From a virus (lineage: Duplodnaviria; Caudoviricetes): a DNA stretch of 47,260 bases. A program made the translations under genes and the position numbers. Of this stretch, positions 1 to 9,631 are shown in pieces (the stretch's first letter is position 1; every line of letters begins with the position of its first letter). Under the pieces are notes generated by a model. The model had not been told where the DNA came from. It did no database searches and saw only the letters and a program-made list of their open reading frames with translations. The stretch lies in the IMG/VR virus record IMGVR_UViG_3300036045_000022, positions 1-47,260 of that record; one strand, written 5' to 3'.

Positions 1-127
1 TGGCCGACCTGTCCACGTTCAACCCGGCTGAGATCGTGGGGGCGCTGGCGCGATGCCGTCGCGAACTCCGCGGCCGCCTCACAGTCGCCTCGATCATCGA
101 GCGCCTGGACGACGGCAGGCCCGGCCC
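1..127. repeat. 127-bp direct terminal repeat (identical to 47134-47260); circular assembly overlap
   Basis: TGGCCGACCT...CCGGCCC at 1-127 recurs exactly at 47134-47260, and an ORF reads in frame across the junction. Confidence 0.95.
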
Positions 128-524
128 CAACGAGGCGTGGGCCATGATCCCAAAGACCGAGGACGGGTCGGTCGTGTGGACGCAGGAAATGGCGGAGGCG
201 TACGGGGTCGCCGCGCCGCTAATCGACGAGCGCGGGAACGTCGCAGCGCGCGTGGCGTTCATCGAGACGTACAACGCGCTGGTCGCCAAGGCGCGAGACG
301 AGCGCCGCCCAGCGAAGTGGACGCCGTCGTTGGGCCAGAACGCAGCCATGCGCGAGGCCGCGGTGCACGAGGCAGTCCGCAAGCACCGCCTGCTCCCGCA
401 CCACGCGGCGCGGCTTCTCCCTTCCGCGCCAGTGGACGCGAAACAGCTCGCCGACCTGACCGCCCCCGCGCGCGCGCCGATGCCCGCGTTCGTGCGCAAC
501 GCCATCAAAGGAGCACGCTCGTGA
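3..524 (+). CDS. C-terminal part of a replication-associated protein (helicase-loader position); starts at 47031, about 208 aa across the junction
   Basis: In frame with ATG 47031 (MKTDVVTKN...AEIVGALARCRREL...); directly follows the replication initiator, like lambda P. Confidence 0.6.
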   Translation, partial: ADLSTFNPAEIVGALARCRRELRGRLTVASIIERLDDGRPGPNEAWAMIPKTEDGSVVWTQEMAEAYGVAAPLIDERGNVAARVAFIETYNALVAKARDERRPAKWTPSLGQNAAMREAAVHEAVRKHRLLPHHAARLLPSAPVDAKQLADLTAPARAPMPAFVRNAIKGARS

Positions 525-862
525 CCCAAGGACGCCTGACCCTGTGCACCCTTGGCGACCGCCTTGCGCGCGAAGGTGCGCAGCGAGCCGCCGACCACGC
601 CGACATGCGCGAGGCCAACTGGACGGACCGCGCCCACGGCTACCTGCTCGAGTTCCTTGCGCGCCACCAAGGCGAGTTCCGTGGCGAGCATGTGCGGACG
701 TTCGCGGAGGATCGCGGTTTCGCCAAGCCGCCTTCCAATCGGGCGTGGGGTTGCGTCGTGCAGCGCGCGGCGAGGCGCGGCCAGATCCGGCGCGTCCGGT
801 TCGAGTCCTGCGCCAACCCGAAGGCCCACAGTGCGCCCGTGTCCGTGTGGGTGCGCGCGTGA
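521..862 (+). CDS. hypothetical phage protein
   Basis: GTG start overlaps previous TGA (GTGA), AAGGAG upstream; 3' part of ORF 53..862. Confidence 0.65.
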   Translation: MTQGRLTLCTLGDRLAREGAQRAADHADMREANWTDRAHGYLLEFLARHQGEFRGEHVRTFAEDRGFAKPPSNRAWGCVVQRAARRGQIRRVRFESCANPKAHSAPVSVWVRA

Positions 863-1104
863 ACGCCCAAGACGCATGCGCCGTCGCGTCGCGCGTCATC
901 AACCGCGCACGGTGGAAGCGCCGCCCGTTCGCCGTGTTCGTCAGCGCAGACGGGTTCGAGATCGTGCGCGCGCGCGGCGACATGTACGAGCGCGCGATGA
1001 AGCGGTATCCACACAACCTTGTCGGCGTGTACGACCACACGGCGTCACAAGAGACCGTAGTGTCCGACATCATGGCGATGCCGGTTGTGAAGGCGGTGGC
1101 ATGA
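859..1104 (+). CDS. hypothetical protein
   Basis: GTGA and ATGA overlaps with both neighbours. Confidence 0.6.
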   Translation: MNAQDACAVASRVINRARWKRRPFAVFVSADGFEIVRARGDMYERAMKRYPHNLVGVYDHTASQETVVSDIMAMPVVKAVA

Positions 1105-1529
1105 AGCTCAATCTTGTGATCGGGAACCGCCGCCGCATCGGGCCGTGCAACGAGCCGGACGCGGAGAGGCTGTCTCGCCTGCCGCGCGGGACCCTGCTTC
1201 CGGTGTCGATACGACAGCCGCGCAACGCGCAGCACCACCGCAAGTTCTTCGCCTTGTTGACCTTCATCGCCGACAACCATCCGCGGTTCAAGACAGTCGA
1301 TGACGTGCTGTTGGAATTGAAGATTCGAGCGCACCACTACCGTGAGCACATCACGCTCGACGGGGAAGTGGTGTTCGTGCCCAAGTCGATCGCGTTCGAG
1401 GAAATGGAGCAGCACGACTTCGACGACTTCTACCGCCGGTGCGTCGACGCTGCGACGTCGGACCTGTTGCCCGCAGTCCCGCCGCACGTCTTGAACGCCT
1501 ACATCGAGGAGGCCGCAAGGTTCGCGTGA
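1101..1529 (+). CDS. DUF1367-like (nin-region) protein
   Basis: PRNAQHHRKFFALL and PKSIAFEEM..F..FY motifs; ATGA-coupled start. Confidence 0.75.
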   Translation: MKLNLVIGNRRRIGPCNEPDAERLSRLPRGTLLPVSIRQPRNAQHHRKFFALLTFIADNHPRFKTVDDVLLELKIRAHHYREHITLDGEVVFVPKSIAFEEMEQHDFDDFYRRCVDAATSDLLPAVPPHVLNAYIEEAARFA

Positions 1530-1903
1530 AGCGCAACGGGAGGCGCACGAAGACGATGGACGCGGTGATCGCGGCGGTAGGTGAATCCGCGGCCCGCTCT
1601 CTCATGCACGTCTACGCCTCCTCGCGCATCTTCATCCCGACCGCCGCCAACCTCGACGGGAACCATCCGGTGGCGCGCGTGCTCGGTATGCCGTTGGCAC
1701 ACAAGCTCTGCGCCGAGCTTGGCGGCGGCTACCTGGCCATCCCGACACCCGAGTCTTTGAGCAACGACATGCGCAGCGAGCAGATATACCGGCGGTGGCG
1801 CGCCGGCCGCACGACGCGACAGCTCGCGCGCGATTACGCGATATCGGAGCGGCGGGTGCAGCAAATCCTCAAACGAGAGATCAATGAACAAGTTGACGAT
1901 TGA
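1526..1903 (+). CDS. Mor/C-family transcriptional activator (late-gene activator)
   Basis: LGGGYLAIP followed by C-terminal HTH (LARDYAISERRVQQIL); sits just before the late genes. Confidence 0.8.
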   Translation: MKRNGRRTKTMDAVIAAVGESAARSLMHVYASSRIFIPTAANLDGNHPVARVLGMPLAHKLCAELGGGYLAIPTPESLSNDMRSEQIYRRWRAGRTTRQLARDYAISERRVQQILKREINEQVDD

Positions 1904-2660
1904 AGAACGTAAGGTTTCCGATCTGATACCGTCCGCGCGCAATGCGCGCACGCACTCGGACGCGCAGGTGGCCGAGATCGCGGGCAGCATCAAGGAGTTC
2001 GGATGGACCAACCCCGTGCTGATCGACGGGAGCGACGGGATCATCGCCGGGCACGGCCGCGTGCTGGCGGCGCGGATGTTGAAGCGCAAGACCGTGCCGT
2101 GCATCGTGCTGGCGCACCTGTCGGACGCCCAGCGCCGCGCCTACATGATCGCCGACAACAAGCTGGCGCTGAACGCCGGATGGGACGACGACATGCTGCG
2201 CGCCGAGCTGCGCGCTCTGGCCGAGGAGTCCTTCGACCTCACGCTGACCGGTTTCTCGGCGGACGAGCTCCGAGACCTGTCGGTGGACCCGCACCACGCG
2301 GAAGGTGGCTCGGCGGGCGCGAATGGCAGCACCCCAGCGCGCGACCTCTTGGGTTTGGTCAACGTCACCATTGAGGAGCCGCGGACCAAGTGCGAGGACG
2401 GAGACTGCTTCCGGCTGACCCGCGACGGGCTGGCCCACATTTTGCATGTGGGGAGCGTTCTCGACGGCTACGAGACGTGGTCGGCCTCAATGCGCGCGGG
2501 TTCAAGGTTCTGCCCGTATCCGGGGGTGTTCGTGTTGCTTTCCCCCGGCGCAGGAGAAAGCCACCTCGTTCTTGTACAGCCGGACAACTACATCGCCGGG
2601 CACATCGTCGACCGCTTTGTTGACGTGTACGGACAGGACGCGGCCGAGCGCGTGTCGTGA
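1884..2660 (+). CDS. ParB/Srx N-terminal domain protein
   Basis: NARTHSDAQV...SIKEFGWTNPVLID...IIAGHGR...ADNKLA ParB-like motifs. Confidence 0.85.
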   Translation: MNKLTIEERKVSDLIPSARNARTHSDAQVAEIAGSIKEFGWTNPVLIDGSDGIIAGHGRVLAARMLKRKTVPCIVLAHLSDAQRRAYMIADNKLALNAGWDDDMLRAELRALAEESFDLTLTGFSADELRDLSVDPHHAEGGSAGANGSTPARDLLGLVNVTIEEPRTKCEDGDCFRLTRDGLAHILHVGSVLDGYETWSASMRAGSRFCPYPGVFVLLSPGAGESHLVLVQPDNYIAGHIVDRFVDVYGQDAAERVS

Positions 2661-3565
2661 AGAAGAAGATCAAACACACGGCAGGGCGGTGGAATCCTTC
2701 GGATCCTCCGCTGTACTTCCTTGCGTCCAACTACGAGCGCCTGAGCCGGGCCACGCAGTCATTCCCCAACGTGCTGATCGCGGTCAACGAGGCCACCAGC
2801 GCGCGCGGCCGGCAGTTCCTGATCGACGCGCCGGCTGCAGGCAAGCGGCTGTTCATCGACTCCGGCGTGTTCAACCTCACCAACGAGCATGCGCGCGCCC
2901 ACGACGTATCGATGGACGTCGCCCTTGGACTCGCGCCGGACGAGATCGACGGCTTCGATGACCTGTTCGCCTCCTACTGCGAGATCGTCCGGGAGCACGG
3001 CAACGACTCGTGGGGCTACATCGAGATCGACCAGGGCGGGCGCGACAACAAGATCGCCACGCGCGCCAAGCTCGAGAAGATGGGGTTCGCGCCCATCCCG
3101 GTGTATCACCCGCTGAACGACGGGTGGGACTACTTCGACGAGCTGGCGCAGCAGTACGACCGCATCTGCTTCGGCAACATCGTGCAGGCCGACCGCGAGA
3201 CGCGGAAGCGCCTGATCGCCACCGCGTGGGAGCGCCGCCGCAAGTATCCGCACCTGTGGATTCACCTGCTCGGCATGACGCCCAACGAACTCCTGCACGC
3301 ATATCCGGCCTCGTCCGCGGACAGCAGCGGGTGGCTGTGGGTCACGAGGTGGGCGCCATCCTTTCGCCAGCGCGTGTGTGGCCACGCGCAGTTCCCAATG
3401 CCCGACTTCCTTGCGACGCGCGCTCACGAGGAGGCCGACAACGGCGGCATGCACAAGGCGTCACTCCTTGGCAGCTATGACGCCGATATCACCGCGCGCA
3501 ACTGGATCGCGCACTTGCGCGAAATGGAATTCTCGCTAAAAGCTCAGACACGGGGAGTTGAATAG
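2657..3565 (+). CDS. dpdA: DpdA-like DNA-guanine transglycosylase (TGT fold)
   Basis: LFIDSGVF, PIPVYH, IHLLG and SADSSGW motifs typical of TGT/DpdA; adjacent to folE/queD/queE. Confidence 0.8.
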   Translation: MKKKIKHTAGRWNPSDPPLYFLASNYERLSRATQSFPNVLIAVNEATSARGRQFLIDAPAAGKRLFIDSGVFNLTNEHARAHDVSMDVALGLAPDEIDGFDDLFASYCEIVREHGNDSWGYIEIDQGGRDNKIATRAKLEKMGFAPIPVYHPLNDGWDYFDELAQQYDRICFGNIVQADRETRKRLIATAWERRRKYPHLWIHLLGMTPNELLHAYPASSADSSGWLWVTRWAPSFRQRVCGHAQFPMPDFLATRAHEEADNGGMHKASLLGSYDADITARNWIAHLREMEFSLKAQTRGVE

Positions 3566-3567
3566 AC

Positions 3568-3939
3568 ATGAGCAACGCAGCACGCATCTTCGTTCGCTTC
3601 ACCCAAGTAGGACTGCACCACTGGCCCGACGCGCCGCCGGGCCGCAACTATCTGTCCTTCCCGCATCGGCATGTGTTCCACGTCGAGGCGGCTGTTCACG
3701 TCACCCACGACGACCGCGCCATCGAGTTCCACGACTTCCTCGACTCGGCGCGCGCGATGTTCGGAAGCAACGAGGTCATGCAGAACTACGGGCCGCAGTC
3801 GTGCGAAATGCTGGCGCGCAAGCTGTCCAAGGCTCTCGCGCGGCGGTACTCGTGTGCCGTGACCGTCACCGTCACAGAGGACAACGAGTGTGGGGCGGTG
3901 GTGGAGTCGACCCCGTTCGACGCGGAGCAGGCCGCATGA
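3568..3939 (+). CDS. T-fold QueD paralog, probable CDG decarboxylase (DpdL-like)
   Basis: HHWP...LSFPHRHVF (LxxxHRHxF), DRAIEF and SCEM motifs; co-occurs with a canonical QueD and no QueC. Confidence 0.65.
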   Translation: MSNAARIFVRFTQVGLHHWPDAPPGRNYLSFPHRHVFHVEAAVHVTHDDRAIEFHDFLDSARAMFGSNEVMQNYGPQSCEMLARKLSKALARRYSCAVTVTVTEDNECGAVVESTPFDAEQAA

Positions 3940-4628
3940 AGAACTGCGACATGCCGGTGCACGAGATCGTTGCTGCGCGCCTGCGTGCCGCGAACGTTTC
4001 ATTCAAAGCGAACGACAACATATCGGCCCACGTGTCCGGACCCGACTTGGCGTGGATCGAGTCGGACGTCGCGAAGGCGTGCGACGCGCTGCTGAAAGCC
4101 CTTGTGATCGACACCACGAACGACCACAACACCAAGGGCACGGCAGCGCGGCTCGCCAAGATGTTCATGCGCGAGGTGTTCGCGGGTCGTTACCACAAGG
4201 CCCCGAACACGACGCACTTTCCCAACGTGACGAAGCTCGATCAGGTGTACACGGTCGGGCCGATTTCCATCCGCTCCACCTGCTCGCATCACTTCGCCCC
4301 GATCTTGGGGAGCGTGTGGGTCGGCGTGGTCCCGGGGAAGGAGCTGATCGGCCTGTCGAAGTTCACGCGGGTCGCGGATTGGGTGTTCTCTCGGCCGCAG
4401 ATACAGGAGGAGGCGGTCGTTCAGTTGGCGGACGAACTCGAGCGGCTGATCGACCCGCGCGGCTTGGCCGTGGTGGTCAAGGCCACTCACTTGTGCATGA
4501 CGTGGCGAGGGGTGCGGGAGCACAAGACGGAAATGGCGACCAGCGTCATGCGCGGCCTGTTCCGCGAGGCCCCCGCCACACGCGCGGAGTTCTTGGAGGT
4601 CATCAAGGGGCAAGGCTATGGCGCATAG
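3936..4628 (+). CDS. folE: GTP cyclohydrolase I
   Basis: CSHHF, GLSKF, RPQIQE and HLCMTWRGV motifs; ATG at 3936 coupled to the previous stop. Confidence 0.95.
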   Translation: MKNCDMPVHEIVAARLRAANVSFKANDNISAHVSGPDLAWIESDVAKACDALLKALVIDTTNDHNTKGTAARLAKMFMREVFAGRYHKAPNTTHFPNVTKLDQVYTVGPISIRSTCSHHFAPILGSVWVGVVPGKELIGLSKFTRVADWVFSRPQIQEEAVVQLADELERLIDPRGLAVVVKATHLCMTWRGVREHKTEMATSVMRGLFREAPATRAEFLEVIKGQGYGA

Positions 4629-5043
4629 CGCAGAGCGGTACCACGACTTCTCGTGCGGCCACCGGGTGTACGGACACGAGTCCAAGTGCGCGCACCTGCA
4701 CGGGCACAACTACCGCGTGCACTTCATCGTGCATCCGGCAGAGGCCTTGGACGCGGTCGGTCGCGTCCTCGACTTCTCGGTGATCAACAGCCACCTGTGC
4801 CAGTGGCTGGAGCAGCGATGGGACCACCGCACGCTGATCGCCGAGGACGACCCGTGGCTCAATCCGCTGCGCGCGATCGATCCCCACGGCGTCGTGTCGG
4901 TGCCGTTCAACCCGACGGCCGAGAACATGGCGTCCTACCTGGTCGAGGTCGTGGGCCCGATCCAGCTGCACGGGACCGGGTGTCGCCTGATGGGCGTCAA
5001 GATCGAGGAGACACGGAAATGCAGCGCGTCGTTCTTCCGGTAA
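4618..5043 (+). CDS. queD: 6-carboxy-tetrahydropterin synthase
   Basis: GHRV..C..LHGHNY, DF, WDH and PTAEN motifs. Confidence 0.92.
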   Translation: MAHSAERYHDFSCGHRVYGHESKCAHLHGHNYRVHFIVHPAEALDAVGRVLDFSVINSHLCQWLEQRWDHRTLIAEDDPWLNPLRAIDPHGVVSVPFNPTAENMASYLVEVVGPIQLHGTGCRLMGVKIEETRKCSASFFR

Positions 5044-5711
5044 ACGAGATATTCGAGAGCGTGCAGGGCGAGGCCGAGCACGCCGGCGAGCCGTCCGTGT
5101 TCGTGAGGCTGCAAGGATGTCCGGTCGGGTGCGCGTGGTGCGACACCAAGCACACGTGGAACACCGACGAGAGGCAGGTGATCGACATCGCGCGGCTGAC
5201 CGCCAAGACCGCGGACCCGTCGCCCACCTACGCGAACATGAGCGTCGACGAGGTCGTCACAGAGGTCGTGGCTCACACGAGCAGGCACGTCGTCCTGACA
5301 GGCGGGGAGCCGTGCATGTACGACCTGACCGACCTGTGCGACACCCTCTTCGCGTGCGGCCGCAGCGTGCAGATCGAGACCAGTGGGACCTTCCCGATAC
5401 GCGCCCCCGCCGAGGCGTGGGTCACCCTGTCCCCCAAGATCAAGAAGCCCGGCGGGTTCCCGGTGCTGTCGATGGCGTGGTCGCGGGCGAACGAGATAAA
5501 GCTCCCGGTCGCCATCGAGCGCGACATCACCACGTTCGACGCCGAGATCGCGGCCATGCAGGCCGATGACCGGGAACGTGTCCTTGCCAAGCCGGTCTGG
5601 CTCCAGCCGGTCTTTCAGTCCAAGCACGGGATGACCCTGTGCATCGAGGCGGCGGCGGATCGTGGGTGGCGGGTCAGCCTGCAAGGGCACAAGGCCTATG
5701 GCATCCGCTGA
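5019..5711 (+). CDS. queE: 7-carboxy-7-deazaguanine synthase (radical SAM)
   Basis: EIFESVQGE, CPVGCAWCDT (CxxxCxxC), TGGEP, IETSG, SPK, LQP and SLQGHK. Confidence 0.95.
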   Translation: MQRVVLPVNEIFESVQGEAEHAGEPSVFVRLQGCPVGCAWCDTKHTWNTDERQVIDIARLTAKTADPSPTYANMSVDEVVTEVVAHTSRHVVLTGGEPCMYDLTDLCDTLFACGRSVQIETSGTFPIRAPAEAWVTLSPKIKKPGGFPVLSMAWSRANEIKLPVAIERDITTFDAEIAAMQADDRERVLAKPVWLQPVFQSKHGMTLCIEAAADRGWRVSLQGHKAYGIR

Positions 5712-5823
5712 CCGGACAAGGGGTCGCCCTCCCGGCGGATTCGACGCAGGCTGCGCTCAAACGGGCTCGGCCATATCCCGGTAGCCCGGACGGCTCCCGG
5801 CAATTATTGGTTGCATCGTTTCA

Positions 5824-6348
5824 ATGGGCAAAGCCAAGCACGATTGGCCACGCATCAAAAAGGACTACGTCGAAGGCATCCCAAACGACGGCGGACACGA
5901 CTGGCCGTCGCTCGATGATCTGGCCGTCAAATACGGCGCAGGCAGAAGCGCGCTGCGAATGCAGGCTTCAAAAGACGGATGGACAGACCTTCGCCGCCAG
6001 TATCAGACAAAGGTTGACCAAACGCGCCGCACGAAACGCGCAGAAAAGCTCGGCTCTCGTCAAGCGGAATTCGACAGCCGCGTCATGCGCGTCGCCGATA
6101 CGCAGCTGGCGATGATCGTCCGGAAGATGAACGAAATGAACGCGCCGGGAGGCGACGGCGCGATGCCGTCCGTCGATCCGTCGGTAATGATCAAGCTGGC
6201 GCGCGCGCTCCGAGACATTCAAGCGGTCGGCCGGATCGCCCTCGGCATTCCGTCTGTCGGCGGGCCGATGGGCGCAGCGGGATCAGGCGGCGGCGTCATG
6301 CGCTTCGAGTGGGTGACGGACGACCCGACCGACGTCGACTTCGACTGA
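5824..6348 (+). CDS. terS: terminase small subunit
   Basis: N-terminal HTH-like region; immediately upstream of the large terminase. Confidence 0.7.
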   Translation: MGKAKHDWPRIKKDYVEGIPNDGGHDWPSLDDLAVKYGAGRSALRMQASKDGWTDLRRQYQTKVDQTRRTKRAEKLGSRQAEFDSRVMRVADTQLAMIVRKMNEMNAPGGDGAMPSVDPSVMIKLARALRDIQAVGRIALGIPSVGGPMGAAGSGGGVMRFEWVTDDPTDVDFD

Positions 6349-6367
6349 CCCCCGGGCGGCCTCGGTC

Positions 6368-7630
6368 GTGTCGAACATACCGGCCTACCGCCTCATCCCG
6401 CATCCGGGACAGGAGCGCGTCTTCGACAACCTGCGCCGCTTCAACATCCTGCGGTGCGGCCGGCGATGGGGCAAGACCCAGCTCGCGCAAGACTACCTGT
6501 GGCGCGGTCGACGTGGCCTCGCGGCCGGGTTCCCGGTGGCGTGGTTCGCGCCAAACTACAAGTACCTTACCGACCCGTGGCGCGAGCTGAAGACGCGCCT
6601 CGCCCCGTACATCGCCAAGAAGGACGAGGTCGAAAGGCGGATCGACCTTGCCAACGGCGGAAGCGTCGAAATGTGGACGTGCGACGGCGAGGATCCAGCG
6701 CGCGGCCGTAAGTACGCCAAGATCGTGGTCGACGAGGCGGCGATGGTCCGCAAGCTGCTCGACAAGTGGCAGAAGGCCATCCGCCCGACGCTCACCGACT
6801 ATCGCGGTGGCGCGCTGTTCGCGACCACACCCAAGGGGCGCAACGACTTCTGGCGGCTAGAGCAGACCGCCAAGCAGCGGGAGTCGTGGGCCGTGTTCCA
6901 CGCACCTACGACCCAGAACCCGTACATCGAGCCGGACGAGGTGGAGGAGGCGCGGCAAGACATGGCGGCGCTGATCTTCCGTCAGGAGTACCTGGCCGAA
7001 TACGTCGACTTCGGCGGCGCGCTTGTTCGTGCCGAATGGCTACAGCATGGCGCGCCAGACCTTCCCTATCCCATAATCCTCGGGGCCGATCTCGCCATCA
7101 GTACGAAAACGGAGGCCGACTACACCGCGCTCGTGGCGCTGTCACGAGACGCGGTGGGAAGGCTCTATGTGTTGTGGGCTGTTCGCTTCCGCGCCACGTT
7201 CAACGAAATCCTGTTGCAGATTCGGCGAGCGGCGGAGAAGTTCAAACCGGTGAAGATCATGGTGGAGAGCAACCAGTTTCAGGCCGCGGTCGTCCAAGAG
7301 CTCGTGCGCACCACCACACTCCCCGTGCAAGGCATCCATCGCGACAAGGACAAGCTGACCGCGTTCCTGCCGATGGCATCGCGGTACGAGCATCGCCTCG
7401 TGTTCCACGCGCCCGACCTCCCGCTCGAGTTCGAGAACGAGCTGCTCGCCTTCACCGGCGGGCCGGACGACGACCACGACGACTTCGTGGACGCGCTCGG
7501 GAACGCACACGCCGGGATGCCCGCCCTTGGCGAGTCGGTCGTCCTCGGCGGCGAGCGGCCGTCACTGGAGGATACGGCGAGCATCGTCGTGTCGCCTCCC
7601 GGACGTCACGGCGATTGGAGGCCCGCATGA
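6368..7630 (+). CDS. terL: terminase large subunit
   Basis: Walker A GRRWGKT, Walker B IVVDEAA, TTPKG coupling motif, nuclease motifs GADLA and HDDFVDA. Confidence 0.95.
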   Translation: MSNIPAYRLIPHPGQERVFDNLRRFNILRCGRRWGKTQLAQDYLWRGRRGLAAGFPVAWFAPNYKYLTDPWRELKTRLAPYIAKKDEVERRIDLANGGSVEMWTCDGEDPARGRKYAKIVVDEAAMVRKLLDKWQKAIRPTLTDYRGGALFATTPKGRNDFWRLEQTAKQRESWAVFHAPTTQNPYIEPDEVEEARQDMAALIFRQEYLAEYVDFGGALVRAEWLQHGAPDLPYPIILGADLAISTKTEADYTALVALSRDAVGRLYVLWAVRFRATFNEILLQIRRAAEKFKPVKIMVESNQFQAAVVQELVRTTTLPVQGIHRDKDKLTAFLPMASRYEHRLVFHAPDLPLEFENELLAFTGGPDDDHDDFVDALGNAHAGMPALGESVVLGGERPSLEDTASIVVSPPGRHGDWRPA

Positions 7631-9210
7631 TGATCCTTGAAGGCGTCCGGCAGCGCATCGCCCACTTCCTTGTGCCGGGCCACCAGCCGCCGGTCGCTCG
7701 CACGTCGTTGTTCGTCGAACAAGCCACGGATGACTTTCTCAAATGGGTGACGACCGTCGCGGAGCCGGACGAAGTGTTGAAAAAGGCAGGCGTTACGCGC
7801 GCCGCCTTGCGGGCACTCACCGGCGACGACGACATTACCGCCGCGCTCGATACGCGGCGGGAGGCGCTACTGTCCACTGAATGGCGATTGGAGGAGCAGC
7901 CCGACACGCCAGAAGAGCCGATGGCGTTCATCATGGAGCAGTTCCGCCCGCACGCCGAGCGGTTTCTGCGCGCATGCATGGAGGCGCTTCCCTACGGATA
8001 CAGCGTGCAGGAAGCCGTGTTCTTGGAGAACGAGGGGCGCATCTGCATCGGCGAGATCACCGAGAAGCCGTTCGAGTGGTTCGTGCCGCGCCTCGACGGC
8101 ACGGTGCTGTGGCGTTCGCGCGAGTATCCACAGGGCCAGCCGACCGACCCGCGCAAGTATTTCCTGACGGCGCGCTCGCAGACCTACCGCAACCCGTACG
8201 GTGAGGCGATGTTCTCTCGCCTCTACTGGCCGTGGTTGTTTCGCACCAACGGATGGAAGTTCTGGGTCAAGTGGTTGGAGCGTTTCGGCAACCCGTTCGT
8301 GATCGGCATGACCGCAGGCGGCGCTGACGTCATGAGCAAGGCGCTCGCCGCCGCGGTCAACAGCGCGACCATCGCGGTCGGGAGTGGAGACAAGGTCGAC
8401 ATCGTCGCCGCGCAGGGCACTGGTGAGCAGTTCGAGAGGTTCGAACGCCTGCTGATCGCAAGGTACCAGCGCCTGATACTCGGCCAGACGCTGACCAGCG
8501 ACGCCGGCGGGTCGAGCGGCAAGAGTGGATCCTTCGCCCTCGGCAAGATTCACAACGAAGTGCGCCTTGACCGGCGCAATGCCGATTGCCGCATGTGCGC
8601 GTCAACGGGACAGAAGCTCGTCGACGTGCTGTGGGCGCTCAACGAATTCCAAGGGTCGCCTCCGCGCTTCGTTATCCAAGATGAGACTGGCCTCGAAATG
8701 GAGCGCGCGGAGCGTGATGCGGTCCTTGTGTCTCGCGCGGGGATCAAGCTGACGCCCGACTACTTCGTGCGGATGTACGACTACGAAGTGGGTGACTTGG
8801 ACGAGGAGGCGATGTCGGCCGCACGCGACATGGTGATTAACGGCGGCTTCATGGACGAGGACGAGCAAGTGGTCGACCAAGACGAAGGGCCCAACGACAA
8901 CGGCGCGCCGTCGCAACAAGGGCGCAGACGAGTCAACAACGCGGCGATCCTGTTCGCGCGGAAGTTCACGCCGAACCAGCAGGCCATCGAAGACGCTCTC
9001 GATGCCGTGCTGCCGAGCGCATCCTCCCCGATTGCCGACGAGGCAATCAAGGACGCGATCCGCAGCGCGCAGTCCCCGCAAGACCTCGCCCAGCGGCTCG
9101 CGACCCTGTTCGCCGGGCGGTCGGTCGGCGAGTTCCGGGACGCGCTATCGGGCGCGTTGTACGTCGCGGACTTCATGGGCTACGCGCACGCGGCGCGCGA
9201 GGACTCGTAA
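7627..9210 (+). CDS. portal protein (DUF935 / Mu gp29-like)
   Basis: YGYSVQE, NPYG, WLERFGNP, ILGQTLTS and GSFALGKIHNEVR motifs; follows terL via ATGA. Confidence 0.9.
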   Translation: MMILEGVRQRIAHFLVPGHQPPVARTSLFVEQATDDFLKWVTTVAEPDEVLKKAGVTRAALRALTGDDDITAALDTRREALLSTEWRLEEQPDTPEEPMAFIMEQFRPHAERFLRACMEALPYGYSVQEAVFLENEGRICIGEITEKPFEWFVPRLDGTVLWRSREYPQGQPTDPRKYFLTARSQTYRNPYGEAMFSRLYWPWLFRTNGWKFWVKWLERFGNPFVIGMTAGGADVMSKALAAAVNSATIAVGSGDKVDIVAAQGTGEQFERFERLLIARYQRLILGQTLTSDAGGSSGKSGSFALGKIHNEVRLDRRNADCRMCASTGQKLVDVLWALNEFQGSPPRFVIQDETGLEMERAERDAVLVSRAGIKLTPDYFVRMYDYEVGDLDEEAMSAARDMVINGGFMDEDEQVVDQDEGPNDNGAPSQQGRRRVNNAAILFARKFTPNQQAIEDALDAVLPSASSPIADEAIKDAIRSAQSPQDLAQRLATLFAGRSVGEFRDALSGALYVADFMGYAHAAREDS

Positions 9211-9627
9211 ATGCCGTCCCTTGCCTACAACCGCGGCCTCGAGCTGTTCGCCCGAGGCAACGTGGACTTCGACAGCGACACCTTCAAGGTGCTGCTGACG
9301 ACATCCGCCTACAGCGAGGACAAGGACCTTCACGATTACCGCAACGACGTCACCAACGAGATCAGCGGCACCGGCTACACGGCGGGCGGCAACACGGTCA
9401 CGGTGACGGTCACGCGCGACGATGTGAACGATCGCGTCGATGTGTCTCTCGGCGGCACGACGTGGGCGAGCAGCACGATCACCGCGCGCAAGGCGGTCTA
9501 TTACAAGTCACGCGGCGGCGCGGCGAGCGCGGACGAGTTGATCGCGGTCGTGGACTTCGGCGCGGATGTCTCCACGACCAACGGCACGTTCACGCTGAAC
9601 GCGAGCACGCTCCGATTCCAGAATTGA
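9211..9627 (+). CDS. virion structural protein (fibre/decoration-like)
   Basis: DTFKVLL...EISGTGYTAGG...DFG pattern common in virion appendage proteins. Confidence 0.6.
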   Translation: MPSLAYNRGLELFARGNVDFDSDTFKVLLTTSAYSEDKDLHDYRNDVTNEISGTGYTAGGNTVTVTVTRDDVNDRVDVSLGGTTWASSTITARKAVYYKSRGGAASADELIAVVDFGADVSTTNGTFTLNASTLRFQN

Positions 9628-9631
9628 TGAC

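Noticed and set aside
3936-5711. folE/queD/queE as queuosine or folate auxiliary metabolic genes
   Set aside because: Linkage to a DpdA-like gene and the terminase, and the absence of queC/queF/queA, favour DNA modification.
6766-7626. N-terminal extension of the portal ORF
   Set aside because: Overlaps terL out of frame; the coupled ATG 7627 with GGAGG SD is the better start.
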